The notes under the pieces were generated by a model, which saw nothing but the letters and a program-made list of their open reading frames with translations, did no database searches and was not told where the DNA came from. Both the position numbers and the translations under genes were made by a program. From positions 1-64,000 of the forward strand of contig JBDOQK010000060.1 of NCBI GenBank assembly GCA_040437565.1: DNA of 64,000 nt, read 5' to 3'. This document shows, piece by piece, positions 37,492-49,311 of this stretch (positions within the stretch are counted from its first letter, which is position 1; each line of letters opens with the position of its first letter). Origin of the DNA: Albugo candida (taxonomy: Eukaryota).

Positions 37492-40400
37492 ATGAGCCAA
37501 GAGTCTGGACTACAATCATTAGAAAGGTACAAGGAAAGCTATCCGCTTCTTCCTCTTTGCGTAATTTCCACTCTTGGCGATGAAGAGCTACGGAAATGTC
37601 AATCGGATTTACAACTTCTGCTTGAAGAGCTCACTCTTTCAGCCGACGATGTACAATTATCGAAATACGCTTCCCGTCAACTTTTCATCGTCCAGTCAAC
37701 ACTGCGAGAGTCGGTAGCAATGAAGCGCATTGCCACTTTATTGGCATCAAACGAAGATTCTCCATTTTCACCCGTTTTGGATCAACAAAATGCTACCACC
37801 AATTTCGATCGGATGAAGCAGTTTGAGCGAAATACAATGGATTACAAGCCAAGAGAACGTGTAAAGGCGTTCAAAAAAATCACAGATGTCCATCGAAATA
37901 CACAAAACAGCTTTGTGATCTCCTCTGTGAGTCCAGGATTAAGGAAAAGAGCAAGTCAAACGCGACAGCAAGCCATTAAAGATGAACAACGAAAATCAAA
38001 GGAGATTATTCAGCGAAAGAACCAACGCCAGGTGGCGTATAAGCGATTGTTAGCACGTCAAAAGCTTCAGGAAGAAAAGCAACGCTTACGAAAACTTGAA
38101 GAAGAAAGAAAACGGCAAGAGACACCAAAATGGGATCATTCAGCTGCAGTGAACTCGCGCGAGGAAGTGTATCTTTCTCAGAGTGAGAGCGAAAGTGAGG
38201 TCAGTAACTTTTCGGAAAGCGACGAGGAAAGTGAAAAAGCAATACAAACGCTTCTTCCTACTTTACAAGAAACTCCTGCGGATACAAAGCCCGGGCTTGT
38301 TATTCAAGAAACTGCTTTGGATAGGAGCTTAGAGGAGCACCAATCTGATCAGGATGATAGCAATTTCAGCATTATGGATGAAACAATCGAGGATCATNNN
38401 NNNNNNNNNNNNNNNNNNNNNNNNNNNNNNNNNNNNNNNNNNNNNNNNNNNNNNNNNNNNNNNNNNNNNNNNNNNNNNNNNNNNNNNNNNNNNNNNNGAA
38501 AAAGCAATACAAACGCTTCTTCCTACTTTACAAGAAACTCCTGCGGATACAAAGCCCGGGCTTGTTATTCAAGAAACTGCTTTGGATAGGAGCTTAGAGG
38601 AGCACCAATCTGATCAGGATGATAGCAATTTCAGCATTATGGATGAAACAATCGAGGATCATGTAGAAAGAGTAAGCTCGCGTGAAGAATACGCGTGTCG
38701 ACTACAAACTCTTATGCGAAAACAGCATCAAGCAAAATGCGAGCAGCTGGCATCAGAAAAGTCTCATCGTGAAGAAGCTGAAGCACGTCACGTCCACGAA
38801 CTCACGAGTGATCCAATTATCAACGCCGAAATGGTAGAGAAGCAGGATGAGGTAACGTTCTATAGTCCTGAAGAAGTAGCACCCAATATCGACTCGACTC
38901 GTGTGCCCAGGCCTCTTTCTCCCAAAGTTGCAGAGTATCACCGCTATTTTCGCAACTTTTACTGCATATTTTCGGGAATTTATGAGCAAACGCACACTTT
39001 ATCCACGATCTCATCAACTACTTTACCACAGCAAGCAGAGCAAGTACTACGTTTGCAAATGAAACTGTATCAAGGCTGGCAGTCAATCATGCAAGATTAT
39101 CAGACGGTATTCGGAAAATGTACCAGTGAAACTACTATTTCACCGCTCGGTGTGTCAACGTCTCCATCGACCGCTCATTACCGAATAACGTTTGCAGATC
39201 GTCGTGAAGTGTCTGAGATCGTCGTCGCTGCTTTACAGAAACTTGGGCCTTGGGAAGAGCATCCGTCCGGTTTAGGACTCAAAACAACGTGGAATCTTCT
39301 ATGGACTTGGAGTAAGCCGAACGTCGAGCGGAAAACGCTACTTTCTTGGCAGCGCGTCAATCATTTTTATAATTCGAAAGCTCTGACACGGAAAGATAAC
39401 TTGAAGAAAAGTATCACCAAATATATCAAAATGGGTGGGAAATTGCGATCGGAATACAAAACTCTCATGCCAAAAACCTTTCTGTTACCTCAAGAATATG
39501 TCGCTTTCATCGAAGCCTATCACAAAACCCATTGCAAAGACGAGTCCACTACCCAAAGTCCCCGAGCAAATATTTGGATCATGAAACCGGTTGCATCGTC
39601 GCGTGGCCGTGGAATCTCACTCGTCAATGATCTCAATCAACTCATTTATGGTGAGAATGTTGTGCTCCAGCGATATGTAAATCGTCCGCTTTTAATCAAT
39701 GGCTATAAATTTGATCTTCGTTTGTTTGTGCTCGTGACATCTTTCAATCCTTTGGAAGCATTTTTATACGGAAAAGGTTTTGTTCGATTGTGTACGCGTT
39801 TATACGATCCAGAAAATCTCGCCGATTTATTCATCCATTTGACAAATAGCAGCGTGCAGAAGGCGAATGTAGACGTAAGCGATACAAAATGGTATTCCGA
39901 GCACAACGATCCTCAAACCGCGGAAGAAGACGTTCGAGAGACTGGCACAAAAAAACCACTTGACTATTTGTGGAATTGGCTTGCTCGATCTGGAGCGAAT
40001 GTTCAAAGCGTTAAAGATAACATCAGTAAAGTAGTGTTACTATCTCTTCTTTGTGGGGAAGACCACATCGCGCATCAAGTCAACAGCTTTGATTTGTATG
40101 GTTTCGATATTTTATTGGACGCGGACCTGAAGCCTTGGCTGATTGAGATAAACGCATCGCCTTCTATGGCTCGCGAGAATAAACTTGACGTTCAAGTAAG
40201 TAGATCACATTATTGTTCTAGCAACCATACTGTGCCGTTTTGTAGGTGAAAGATGCACTGATGTATGATACGATCAAACTGGTGAATCCATTACGCTTCG
40301 ACCGTTATCGACTAGTTGATATATTGGGCAGAAGGCTGAGCGAGATGCAGAAAAGCGTGCAGCGAGTCCACAGAGGTAATGTCGGTGCCAAAGTAGACGA

Positions 40401-40660
40401 AGAGAATCGATCGATTCGTCAAATGAATCTTGATCTGACCGCTATTTTGGACGGCCATGTTCCTCGATGTTATGGAGAAATGCCCTCTCATCTTGGCCAC
40501 TACGAACGAATTTGCCCCCATACGTCGATGTACAATCAGGTGCTGAAATCTGCTTGTCTTCTCATTACCATCTCGATTAACTGTTGACTAGTTGAAAAAG
40601 CTGAAAAATGGTCGAAAAATAGCTACAACGCTGGCGGAGGAATGCAAGCAACAACAATAA
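37492..40660 (+). CDS. Tubulin-tyrosine ligase-like (TTLL) polyglutamylase-type protein with a coiled-coil N-terminus
   Basis: TTL motifs WIMKPVASSRGRGI, QRYVNRPLLINGYKFDLR, IHLTNSSVQK and FDLYGFDILLDADLKPWLIEINASPS. Predicted introns ~40196-40245 and ~40540-40591. The break at 38398-38497 is a gap with duplicated flanks. Confidence 0.93.
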
Positions 40661-41351
40661 TGATACTCTCTAGAATGTCTCTGCCCACCACGAGACTCGT
40701 CATGTCTCCTCGTTCCAATTGTACACCTCGTATTCAGAAACAAACGTTTCTGTGACAACATGCCAACAGATATCGTTTGAGCTCTCTTCGCTTACCATGA
40801 TGAACGCAACGATCGAAACGTTTAGAGACAAAAGCACCTATTTATGTCATGAATTTGGAATTGTATGAACTGAGAGGCACTGAAGTCTATCACATCTATG
40901 AGATCAATAAAAAGCTGAAATGCATTTAGCTATGTATCTTAGAGAATACTCACCGCGTTCAGCTCTGACTGGACCCACATGCACCAGTGAATCTGACAAG
41001 TAGTACATCTAGTACGCGCTAACTATTGCATGATTTGTTGCTACCTGAGTATATGCTTTAGTCTACTTGATTCCTTGATACAACGAGCTGACTTTACAAG
41101 TCAAATCACATTGAAATGATTGTTGGCGAGTAATTTCTCATATGACAAAAGAATTGGTAATTGAGAGGACACCGCAATGGGTTTACATGTTGAGAACTGA
41201 GTCGTACATTTGGAAGCTTTCTGTGCGAAAGAAACGATAATGCTCGCTGGCATTGCAAGGTAAGAAAACGGAAATTCAGATATATTCAACGCTTCAAGAA
41301 TATCAAATGCTCGTTGTAGCCACATCTCAAAGTCGAAAAGTAGAGCTGTCA

Positions 41352-42641
41352 CTATCCAAACGCTTGAGGGAAAGAGTTGAAAGGAGAATACCGTGATGGA
41401 CTAGCTAAGCGGTCAATAAGATTGTCGTAAGGCACCCATGTACCCTTTTCAATGTACTGCTTGTAGACACGGACAGCGCCATGGTGATCTTCTACATCAG
41501 AATGGTATTTCATGACTGCGTCATGGATGGGAAAACTTCCCTCCTTCTCAATAGCGATGACTATGCCCTCCGTCATCGAAAGGAGCATGCCATAATCCGA
41601 TACTAAGTCGGCCAAGACAATGCATGGCTCAAGGCCATGTATCTCCATCATCTGTTCAACAATGTTGTACTTTCCTACAGCGATTGGAGGAATTGTATCC
41701 GGTTGAACGAATCCGGCAAATATGGTCAATTCCAAGGAATTCTGTGCATAAGCTTTTGGTATACCTTCTACAATCGATTCTGATACATTGTGAGTATATT
41801 GCACGCCGAACGTAGACTTGGCATGAAGGGCTTGTTCATTATAATAAGCAATCATAGTGTGCTCTGCTCCGGTTAGAATTGCTGTATAGATATCATGCTC
41901 GTTGAGAATACGGATCAATTCCACTGGTGCTTCATACAATGTAAAGTCAAACGCATATTCGACATGTGCTCTTTGTTTTCTGATAGTGACGATACCTCCC
42001 ACCTTCACATTCTCGTTGTTTGCCGCATTGTACTTTCCCGTCTCATACGCTAGAGTCTTCACAGCTTCCATCGGCATATAAATCCACCATCTGCTTACTT
42101 GATATCGTTGCAACCTTTTGCATTCGCGGTTTTCTGCAACCATTCTGGCAAATTGCTGGTGATAAAACAACATCAATAACCTGAATTGGTGGAAGGGCTG
42201 CATCCTTTTTATGTCGTCGAGAGACTTGACTTGCTTCAGGTCGTATAAATTCTTATATAAACCATGAAGAGTAGCGTAAAAGCTGGCACTCGGTATAGTA
42301 TTCCCCTTGTCATCCACCGCCAAAATATCGCTTTCGAGGCAGTGCTTCGTGTCGCTTGTAGACAAGTAAAAGGCCTGGTGGAATTGTTCCGGGGTGAACG
42401 CAAAGTTCATATGCTCAATCTGATAATACAAAATCGCAGTTGTAAGCCGGCCATGAGATAAAGCCCCGCCAAAGTCGAATATGGCCATGCATTTCTTTTC
42501 TCGCGTAATCACGCGTTCGATCGCGTTTAATACATGCGGACTCATACTGCTTCTGAGTGACTGCAATACATCACCGCGTGCCGCCAGCACATGAGATAGA
42601 AACACAGCACAAAGCTGAAGGCGGCGGATTGAAAAAGCCAT
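41352..42641 (-). CDS. Secreted HAD-like hydrolase family protein, intact copy C (429 aa)
   Basis: Intronless ORF with signal peptide MAFSIRRLQLCAVFLSHVLAA. HAD motif I KCMAIFDFGGAL, II AILTG, III VGK, IV PCIVLADLVSDYGML. Confidence 0.9.
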   Translation of the reverse strand: MAFSIRRLQLCAVFLSHVLAARGDVLQSLRSSMSPHVLNAIERVITREKKCMAIFDFGGALSHGRLTTAILYYQIEHMNFAFTPEQFHQAFYLSTSDTKHCLESDILAVDDKGNTIPSASFYATLHGLYKNLYDLKQVKSLDDIKRMQPFHQFRLLMLFYHQQFARMVAENRECKRLQRYQVSRWWIYMPMEAVKTLAYETGKYNAANNENVKVGGIVTIRKQRAHVEYAFDFTLYEAPVELIRILNEHDIYTAILTGAEHTMIAYYNEQALHAKSTFGVQYTHNVSESIVEGIPKAYAQNSLELTIFAGFVQPDTIPPIAVGKYNIVEQMMEIHGLEPCIVLADLVSDYGMLLSMTEGIVIAIEKEGSFPIHDAVMKYHSDVEDHHGAVRVYKQYIEKGTWVPYDNLIDRLASPSRYSPFNSFPQAFG

Positions 42642-42643
42642 AT

Positions 42644-42662
42644 GGAAAATTAGAAAATGAGC
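42644..42662 (-). promoter_or_regulatory. Oomycete INR+FPR core promoter element
   Basis: The minus strand reads GCTCATTTTCTAATTTTCC, matching GCTCATTYBNNNWTTY, 2 nt upstream of the ATG. Confidence 0.8.
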
Positions 42663-42830
42663 AGATTTTGTGGATGAAACTCAGATGCCGCTACATTGTC
42701 CATCAAGCATATAGAACACTGCATGGAGGGGATGGAGTCGTGGTACACCACGTCCTTTTTCTATAATTGAGTTCAGGAGAACAGTCCATTTATTAAATGA
42801 GTAAAATTCTTAAACGTGTCTGATTTAGTA

Positions 42831-42870
42831 AGGATATGCGATCTCGAGAAAGGATATGCGATCTCGAGAA
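42831..42870. repeat. Perfect 2 x 20-bp tandem duplication
   Basis: AGGATATGCGATCTCGAGAA occurs twice in tandem. Confidence 0.95.
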
Positions 42871-43289
42871 CAAGTAACTTTCTTATTCTCTGACGAGTGT
42901 GAAGAACTTTGAGATACTCTTTCAAACTGCTCACAAAAGACGCGAAACTGTTTCATGCCATGAATACACATTCCCTTTGTAATTACATACACGAATGAGC
43001 CGAGTGTGATGCTTCACTTCAAAATGGACTCATTCACACCGAATTTGGAAGCACAAAAAGAGTCTGCGATTCTTTTTGCGTTTTCCGATACATACAAAGC
43101 ATACTCAATTGCTCACGCAAAACGAAATGGATTGAGACCACACAACACGATGACAACGTTTATAAAGCAGAGTAAGCGAATCGTATGCGAAGGAGCCTCT
43201 GTGAACCTTGGCGGAGACGATATGCAGACAATTCAATAGGATCCGTTACGAAATGAATAGCTCATTTCATAATCAGTGAATATGACTGG

Positions 43290-43771
43290 AAACCATAATA
43301 TAAGTTCTTCCAAGTGGATAACGTATTGCAAGCACNNNNNNNNNNNNNNNNNNNNNNNNNNNNNNNNNNNNNNNNNNNNNNNNNNNNNNNNNNNNNNNNN
43401 NNNNNNNNNNNNNNNNNNNNNNNNNNNNNNNNNNNTGATTGCTTTTGACAGGTAGCTAAACCATAATATAAGTTCTTCCAAGTGGATAACGTATTGCAAG
43501 CACACTATACTAAATAGCAAACTATATGATCTTATATCATTCTCATCGCACTGGCTGTACGCATTGATACATTCAAACGACTCGTATCCCATTGCGTTAT
43601 GATTGCTTTTGACAGGTAGCTAAACCATAATATAAGTTATTCCAAGTGGATAACGTATTGCAAGCGCACTATACTAAATAGCAAACTATATGATCTTATA
43701 TCATTCTCATCGCACTGGCTGTACGCATTGATACATTCAAACGACTCGTATCCCATTTATTGCTTTTGACA
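43290..43771. repeat. 164-bp tandem repeat (at least 2 full units plus partials, spanning a gap)
   Basis: Units start at 43436 and 43600 and differ at 2 visible positions. A partial unit lies before the gap. Confidence 0.9.
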
Positions 43772-43966
43772 CGCTTTCGCTTGTAGAGTGTTGTACATCT
43801 CGATCCATAACGTCTTTGGAACGACACAGTAAAACAGTCGAAAAGGCGTCAGCAACTCCAGTGGGCCTTTGCGACATGCACGCAACCGTACCACATTGGA
43901 TGTTCTTTGAAAGTGTCCAAACCACTTGTCGTCGAGTATGGAGACTGAATGGCCAACGCACAATTT

Positions 43967-45655
43967 TCAGTCTTTTCGTAATTGCATCAAACGTCTTCTT
44001 CTTCGATCGAGAACGACGGCGTCTGCAATGGACGAGTTCGAGTCTTCTTCGAAGCTGAAAGACGCGTTTACTTTCGATGGAATCGGCTCTGATGTCGGAC
44101 TCACATCGAGCCAGGCGATGGAATATTGTGTTGGCGATTGGACGCTTTCAGAAGAGAGTTCGAGTCGTTCTTTCTCTCTGGCAATCACATTTGCGATCCG
44201 TGTGGACGATATGGACTCGTTACAACTGGGAGAGGCGCTGTGGAGTGGAGGAAGCAACTGATCGACAAGGTTTTCTGAAGGCTCGGAAAATGTCGAAGCG
44301 CTATGTAGTGAGATATCGAGCTTTTCAAGAGATTCAGAGAGTGATTTTGAGTCAGGTGAATTGGATGACGGCAAGGAATACTGCGTGATCGAAGGAGCCA
44401 CGCTTGACATATCGCTATTTCGCGAAGAAGAAGCTTCGGAGAGATCGCTTTTAGAGTGTGTAAGCCGTTCAGAAGGAGGGCTCAAAGTTGTATGGAAGTG
44501 CTCGTTGGAGCGTTTCGGGTTGCAGTCGTAAGGCTTTATGGACTCGGTGAAAGAAGCCGAGTCAAAAGGGGACGTTCCAGGCTCCACATAATGATCGCCT
44601 TCGATCCCAAGTGATATTTCTGAAACAGCATCGAATCCAAACGCGTTCTCAAAAGCACGTTCGATACTATGGGCTCCATGTGCGTCGGATTCAAAAGTTT
44701 GCAACTTGTCACAGCGATTTTGCCGATCCCACTCACGGAGCCATTCGCTCACATGTTGATCCCGAAGCTTTCCGTGGAGCACTTGCATTGCCGCTTGACC
44801 GCGCATCTTGGCAGCTGTGTCATCAACCGCTTTATTTTGAGCATCAATCTGTGCCTGGAAGGTTTCTGTCTCGGTATCCCATGCATTGGAAGACGGATGA
44901 TGGCGAATGACACGAACAGAGGCAGTCGATTTTGTTGACGAAAACCGATTTTCATTCTGACAATGGTACCGCGTGAATTGAAAAGCATCAACATCCAAAC
45001 ACGTAGGGCGTGCCATGGAAATGAGAACATCTTCTGCTTCTTCCCGGTACTTTGCGTCCGATTCAGCTTCTTTTTGGAGGTTCTCAAGCATCCGTTTGTG
45101 TAATTCTTCTTTATGGTGATTCATCTGTCGATGATGTGTGCATCGAGCCTCCAATGTCGCAAGTTTTGCGATGAGAAGCGCATGGGATTCCTTAGCAGCT
45201 CGATCTTCTGCTAGATTTGCTTCACGCGCGCGATGGAATCGCTTTCTTTCCACTTTATGTCCATTGTAAGCCCATTTTGACTGTTCATAGTGCGCTTGTC
45301 GTTGCAGTGACGCCACATGCGCTTGGGCTTGTCGTTGTGCTTGGCCAATACCAGCTTTTCGCGTCTCAAGTTGCTGCTGGAGAACGGATAACACATTTTC
45401 GGCGGATTCTGTGGCTTCAGAGGCGTTCGTCTGCTGTTTCTTTGCCATTATGGCCGAAAGATTTTGTCGATAGCGCGTGCGTATGCTCGCAGCCATTCGC
45501 TTTTCGTGCGTGCGGACTTGAAGGAGACGTTGAATGCGCTGTTTTGCGGCGTTTTCGCGTCGAAATGCGGCAATTTCATTACTACTCAGAGAGATAGTAC
45601 CGTGTTCTTTGTTGCTGGCACTCTTACGATCAAAGTGCGCATGCGTACGCGTCAA
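43967..45655 (-). CDS. CEP295/Ana1-like centriolar coiled-coil protein (start probably in the gap)
   Basis: 562-aa ORF. N-terminal LSSNE...RIQRLLQVRTHEKRMA...IGQAQRQA resembles my recollection of the CEP295 N-terminus (LSPNEE...RKLRLLQVREQERDIA...MGEGHRQA). Ser-rich tail. Confidence 0.65.
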   Translation of the reverse strand: MTRTHAHFDRKSASNKEHGTISLSSNEIAAFRRENAAKQRIQRLLQVRTHEKRMAASIRTRYRQNLSAIMAKKQQTNASEATESAENVLSVLQQQLETRKAGIGQAQRQAQAHVASLQRQAHYEQSKWAYNGHKVERKRFHRAREANLAEDRAAKESHALLIAKLATLEARCTHHRQMNHHKEELHKRMLENLQKEAESDAKYREEAEDVLISMARPTCLDVDAFQFTRYHCQNENRFSSTKSTASVRVIRHHPSSNAWDTETETFQAQIDAQNKAVDDTAAKMRGQAAMQVLHGKLRDQHVSEWLREWDRQNRCDKLQTFESDAHGAHSIERAFENAFGFDAVSEISLGIEGDHYVEPGTSPFDSASFTESIKPYDCNPKRSNEHFHTTLSPPSERLTHSKSDLSEASSSRNSDMSSVAPSITQYSLPSSNSPDSKSLSESLEKLDISLHSASTFSEPSENLVDQLLPPLHSASPSCNESISSTRIANVIAREKERLELSSESVQSPTQYSIAWLDVSPTSEPIPSKVNASFSFEEDSNSSIADAVVLDRRRRRLMQLRKD

Positions 45656-47419
45656 ATTGTCATCNNNNNNNNNNNNNNNNNNNNNNNNNNNNNNNNNNNN
45701 NNNNNNNNNNNNNNNNNNNNNNNNNNNNNNNNNNNNNNNNNNNNNNNNNNNNNNNNNNNNNNNNCTTGGATTACGTGGTCGACATTGAATGGAATCCTAG
45801 CTGATCTGATAACTAGGATCCACTTGAGAAGCAGCATATTGTACTTTAGCTCTGAGTATAGTATCTTTCAGTGTCTATGGCTCTTGCAATCTCCTTTTAC
45901 ATCGTGTGGACTTTCAGACACATTCCAGTAAACTGCGAATCATGCCGATTCTGTATTACTTCATGTTGATCACTCAGTGTTTTGCACTTGGTGTCTTGGA
46001 ATGGCCAAAAAAAGATGGACTGAAGGTATGAGCTCAGGATTTTCCAGATTGCTCAAAGTTCTGATGCAATAACAATCTCAAGTGTTTTGGGTTCCGAACA
46101 TACATGGATATTGCATGAATTGTCAGCCAAGTTGTTCATTTAACAATGAGAAGAGTGGTGCTAGACATAGCGTGAAATAAAGCAATATCAAAACAACGAA
46201 GGATGGAAATCACGTAATAATAAAGTCTGAAAGCAGTCGTCTCGGCTTGTGGCTTTATGGATGGTTGTTCAGCATATTTTGGACCGCTTTCAATTCAAAG
46301 ACTTACAGATTAAGCTAGACGGGACAGTCAATTTTGGATCCACATAATGACTGGAGTTGCCACTTGCACCAACTGAAACGGACTTCCTGTAGCGACGTTC
46401 AACAGGGACGATACGCCCCTGCTTGTGGCTTGCGTCGAGGATTCTATTCAAATTATATAAATCTGGCGGATATGTACGCATATGTCGAGCCTTTTGTGTC
46501 TCTTCAGTAAATAAGAGTGCACGCAACTTCATCTCTACACATTCTTTTCTGCGACGAAATTTTAAAATATTTCCATGTGAAATGTTTTGGTGTATTCGTA
46601 TGTCTTATCTGTGGGACATCTGAAAGGCCCTGTGACGCCTTAATTTGTAGTATCGTCATGATTCATCCATACGACATGTTGCAATGAGCGCAACAATATG
46701 CGACAAGTTTCTTTGTTATCTCATCAGACATACTGATCACTGTGATACGTTTCATGCGCTGGAAGCGATTTATGAGTGTAAGGATTATCATACAATTAGC
46801 CGGATATTGATCGATTTTCATTCAAAAGATAGACAGAGCCATCTGAATTTGCTAGCTCGTCGTTGCACAGCTACTTAATACCCTTGGCTCCACTGAATGA
46901 ACGAGTGAGCTATATTCGAGTCAAAAGTGAAAAATGTGAAAGAAAAATCAAAGGATAGTCGGTGCTCCTCATTACTCAAAGTGCTGTGAACATTTTTGCA
47001 TCGAGTTTACGTGAAAACGTCGATCAGCATTGATGTCTATCTCAGCTTTCGTTTTTGTCGGTAAATCGGTTCATCGGTACATCTGTCGTCAAGTATTGAT
47101 CCTTTACTTTCATGGTCGAGATCGTGACTTCAAGCACACACGTTCAACTCTTCTACATGTTCCGCGGTCTGGGGGTCGCACAATTGCTCCGATAGACTGT
47201 TTATCCAGTACGCAGTTGCATCTCTGCTTTTTATATTCCATTGCAAATTCAATCATAATATGTGTGGGCCACGAAATTGGCTCGAAAAATAATATATAAT
47301 CTGAGCTTGATTATGTGATATCATACTGCTCTCTAGGATCTAATCAATTCAACACAAACAGAAGCGAATGGAAGAGAATGGTACCTATGAAGGCATTTTC
47401 TGCGTGAATCCTCGCATTG

Positions 47420-47536
47420 AAAACCGGTCGGAAAGAAAAATCGGACGTGAGGTAGACTCTTTGAAAGCAATTCCATGCTCCTGGCCCAACTGTGCGCTGC
47501 ATCGCCGAGTCCGTGTGCGAAAGTGACCAATGACAT
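47420..47536 (-). pseudogene. Acyl-protein thioesterase / lysophospholipase fragment
   Basis: VTFAHGLGDAAHSWA...LPHVRFFFPT matches the APT1 N-terminal HGLGD motif. No continuation recognised. Confidence 0.7.
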
Positions 47537-47842
47537 TGATCATCTTCATAAAGCAATTTAGAAGCAAAAAGAGCATACTTTACAGCAGCAGTCGACTCAG
47601 GTGGAGAAATGCGAATTGTTCTTCATTTATCAGGCTTTGCGGTCGGGTGGGTTCAAAAGGAGCGCTTGGAATGGTGCGAAATTGGTCGTTGCGATCGCGT
47701 GATAATTGGCCCAAAAGAAAAGGCCTCCAAACATTCGTGCAATCAGATTAAATTTGGATTGGATATAAATATCAGGTTTTATTGATTGGAAAACTATTAT
47801 TTACGCATTGATTGATTGATAATCACACTCGGTATACACGAT

Positions 47843-49311
47843 TTAGACCAATAGTGGTGCGTGGACGAGTATGATCATAAGCACTGCTACGATCGACAGA
47901 CGCATGCGAGTCGTCCCGCTCAACCAGTTATCACGACTGTCATCCACCGCTTCTGAACTCGAAGTGGGTGTTTTGGTTTCTTCATCCGATAAAACCGTGT
48001 GCGCTTTCTCCAAAACAGGAAATTGAAAGGTGCCAATATCACACTTCTCAGCAGGAGCACACAGCTGACAGATTTGGGCATACCCAACGCGCTTGCATCC
48101 TGGCTTTTTACCACATTGTGGCACATTGTAGTAACACGGAGGATTCATCGCAGCGAGTTGTATTGGACTTGGAAGCGGTCTAAAATACTCTATTGATTGT
48201 GGCGGAATCTGGGAGCTGCCATTGGCTAAAACACTCGTGTACGCTTCGATAACTCTTTCTGCCCGCTTCTCATTGGCTTTTGGATCTGTTGGATTCTGCC
48301 AAAACACAAAACCCTTCTCAAATCTCCCAGTTTGTATATCAGCTTTAAATTCGATATTTTTATCACTGGTTTCGGACCATTCCATGAAATTCGCATACGG
48401 GTGCCCTGTCTTTGGATTTTTGATACTTGTAATCCCAACTACATCGTCCAAAGGGACCCAACTTAAGATACTGTACGCAAACGTACAGTCGACGCCGTTG
48501 GGTGCAACGCCAAGATCACATACTCCCTTGTTTGGTACTGCTGCGACATGGTGCGGTCTTTTCTTCCCATGATTTGGCCGGACAAGAATTCGGGAAAGAA
48601 AACCAATAACAGTTTCGGTACGGTGCACATGGGTTCGGTACTTTCGTTTCCACCATCCACAAAGGGTCCTATATTTGATTGCTGATGGTCTCCATTGAAT
48701 TGGAGGCATCCCGGCGCAATTTTGTCTTCTTTCAAAGGCGTACATCGCCCTTCATCCGTCGGTATCATTCGACCATACTCATACGTCTCCCAAGTGTCTT
48801 GTAATTGAGCAACGGACACCAGCACACATTCCACTATTCCGTATCGACAGTGTCCGTTGCAGCCAGATATGCGCTCTAGATCAAAGCTGGAGGCTTCATA
48901 CGACGATGCAAACCGTTCTTCCATCAACTTCGGAGTATCGGATTGCACTCGTGCGTGATTTGCGCGAGCTCTTCGCATGTGATACGCGTCCTTGATCGGT
49001 ATCGCTCGGTTTTGATCCAGTGGACCGTCCGCTGGAGTCGCTGCCATGTGGGTAGGATGTCTAGGTGATTGGTGTGCTACTGCTTTCAGTGGGATCGGAA
49101 ATGAGAGAGTAAGAAGTACCGTTATGTAGTTCCGTGGATATACTGGTCTCAACGTCGTCTTCTCCGTCTCTGGATCAAAGGGTGAGGAGTTGCGCACGAT
49201 TGATGAGGTTCCAGGAAGCGTCCACGCCTAAGCTGAGCTCGACAGCTCCAAAGATACGAGTTGTATTGGAAGATGGAAGATTATCAGGAAAATACATCGA
49301 GTGAATGACAT
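47843..49311 (-). pseudogene. Cys-rich secreted, probably GPI-anchored oomycete-type protein, disrupted
   Basis: Signal peptide MSFTRCIFLIIFHLPIQLVS from ATG 49311. In-frame TAG at 49228-49230. Two frameshifts near 48630 and 48525 (third frame reads APYRNCYWFSFPNSC). Hydrophobic C-terminus. Confidence 0.75.

Noticed and set aside
43290-43771. CRISPR-like interpretation of the repeat
   Set aside because: Whole-unit tandem repeat with no spacers, in a eukaryotic context with no cas genes.
46290-46532. SSHYVDPKLTV resembles the topoisomerase IB active-site motif
   Set aside because: Only a few residues match and no other topoisomerase motifs are visible nearby.
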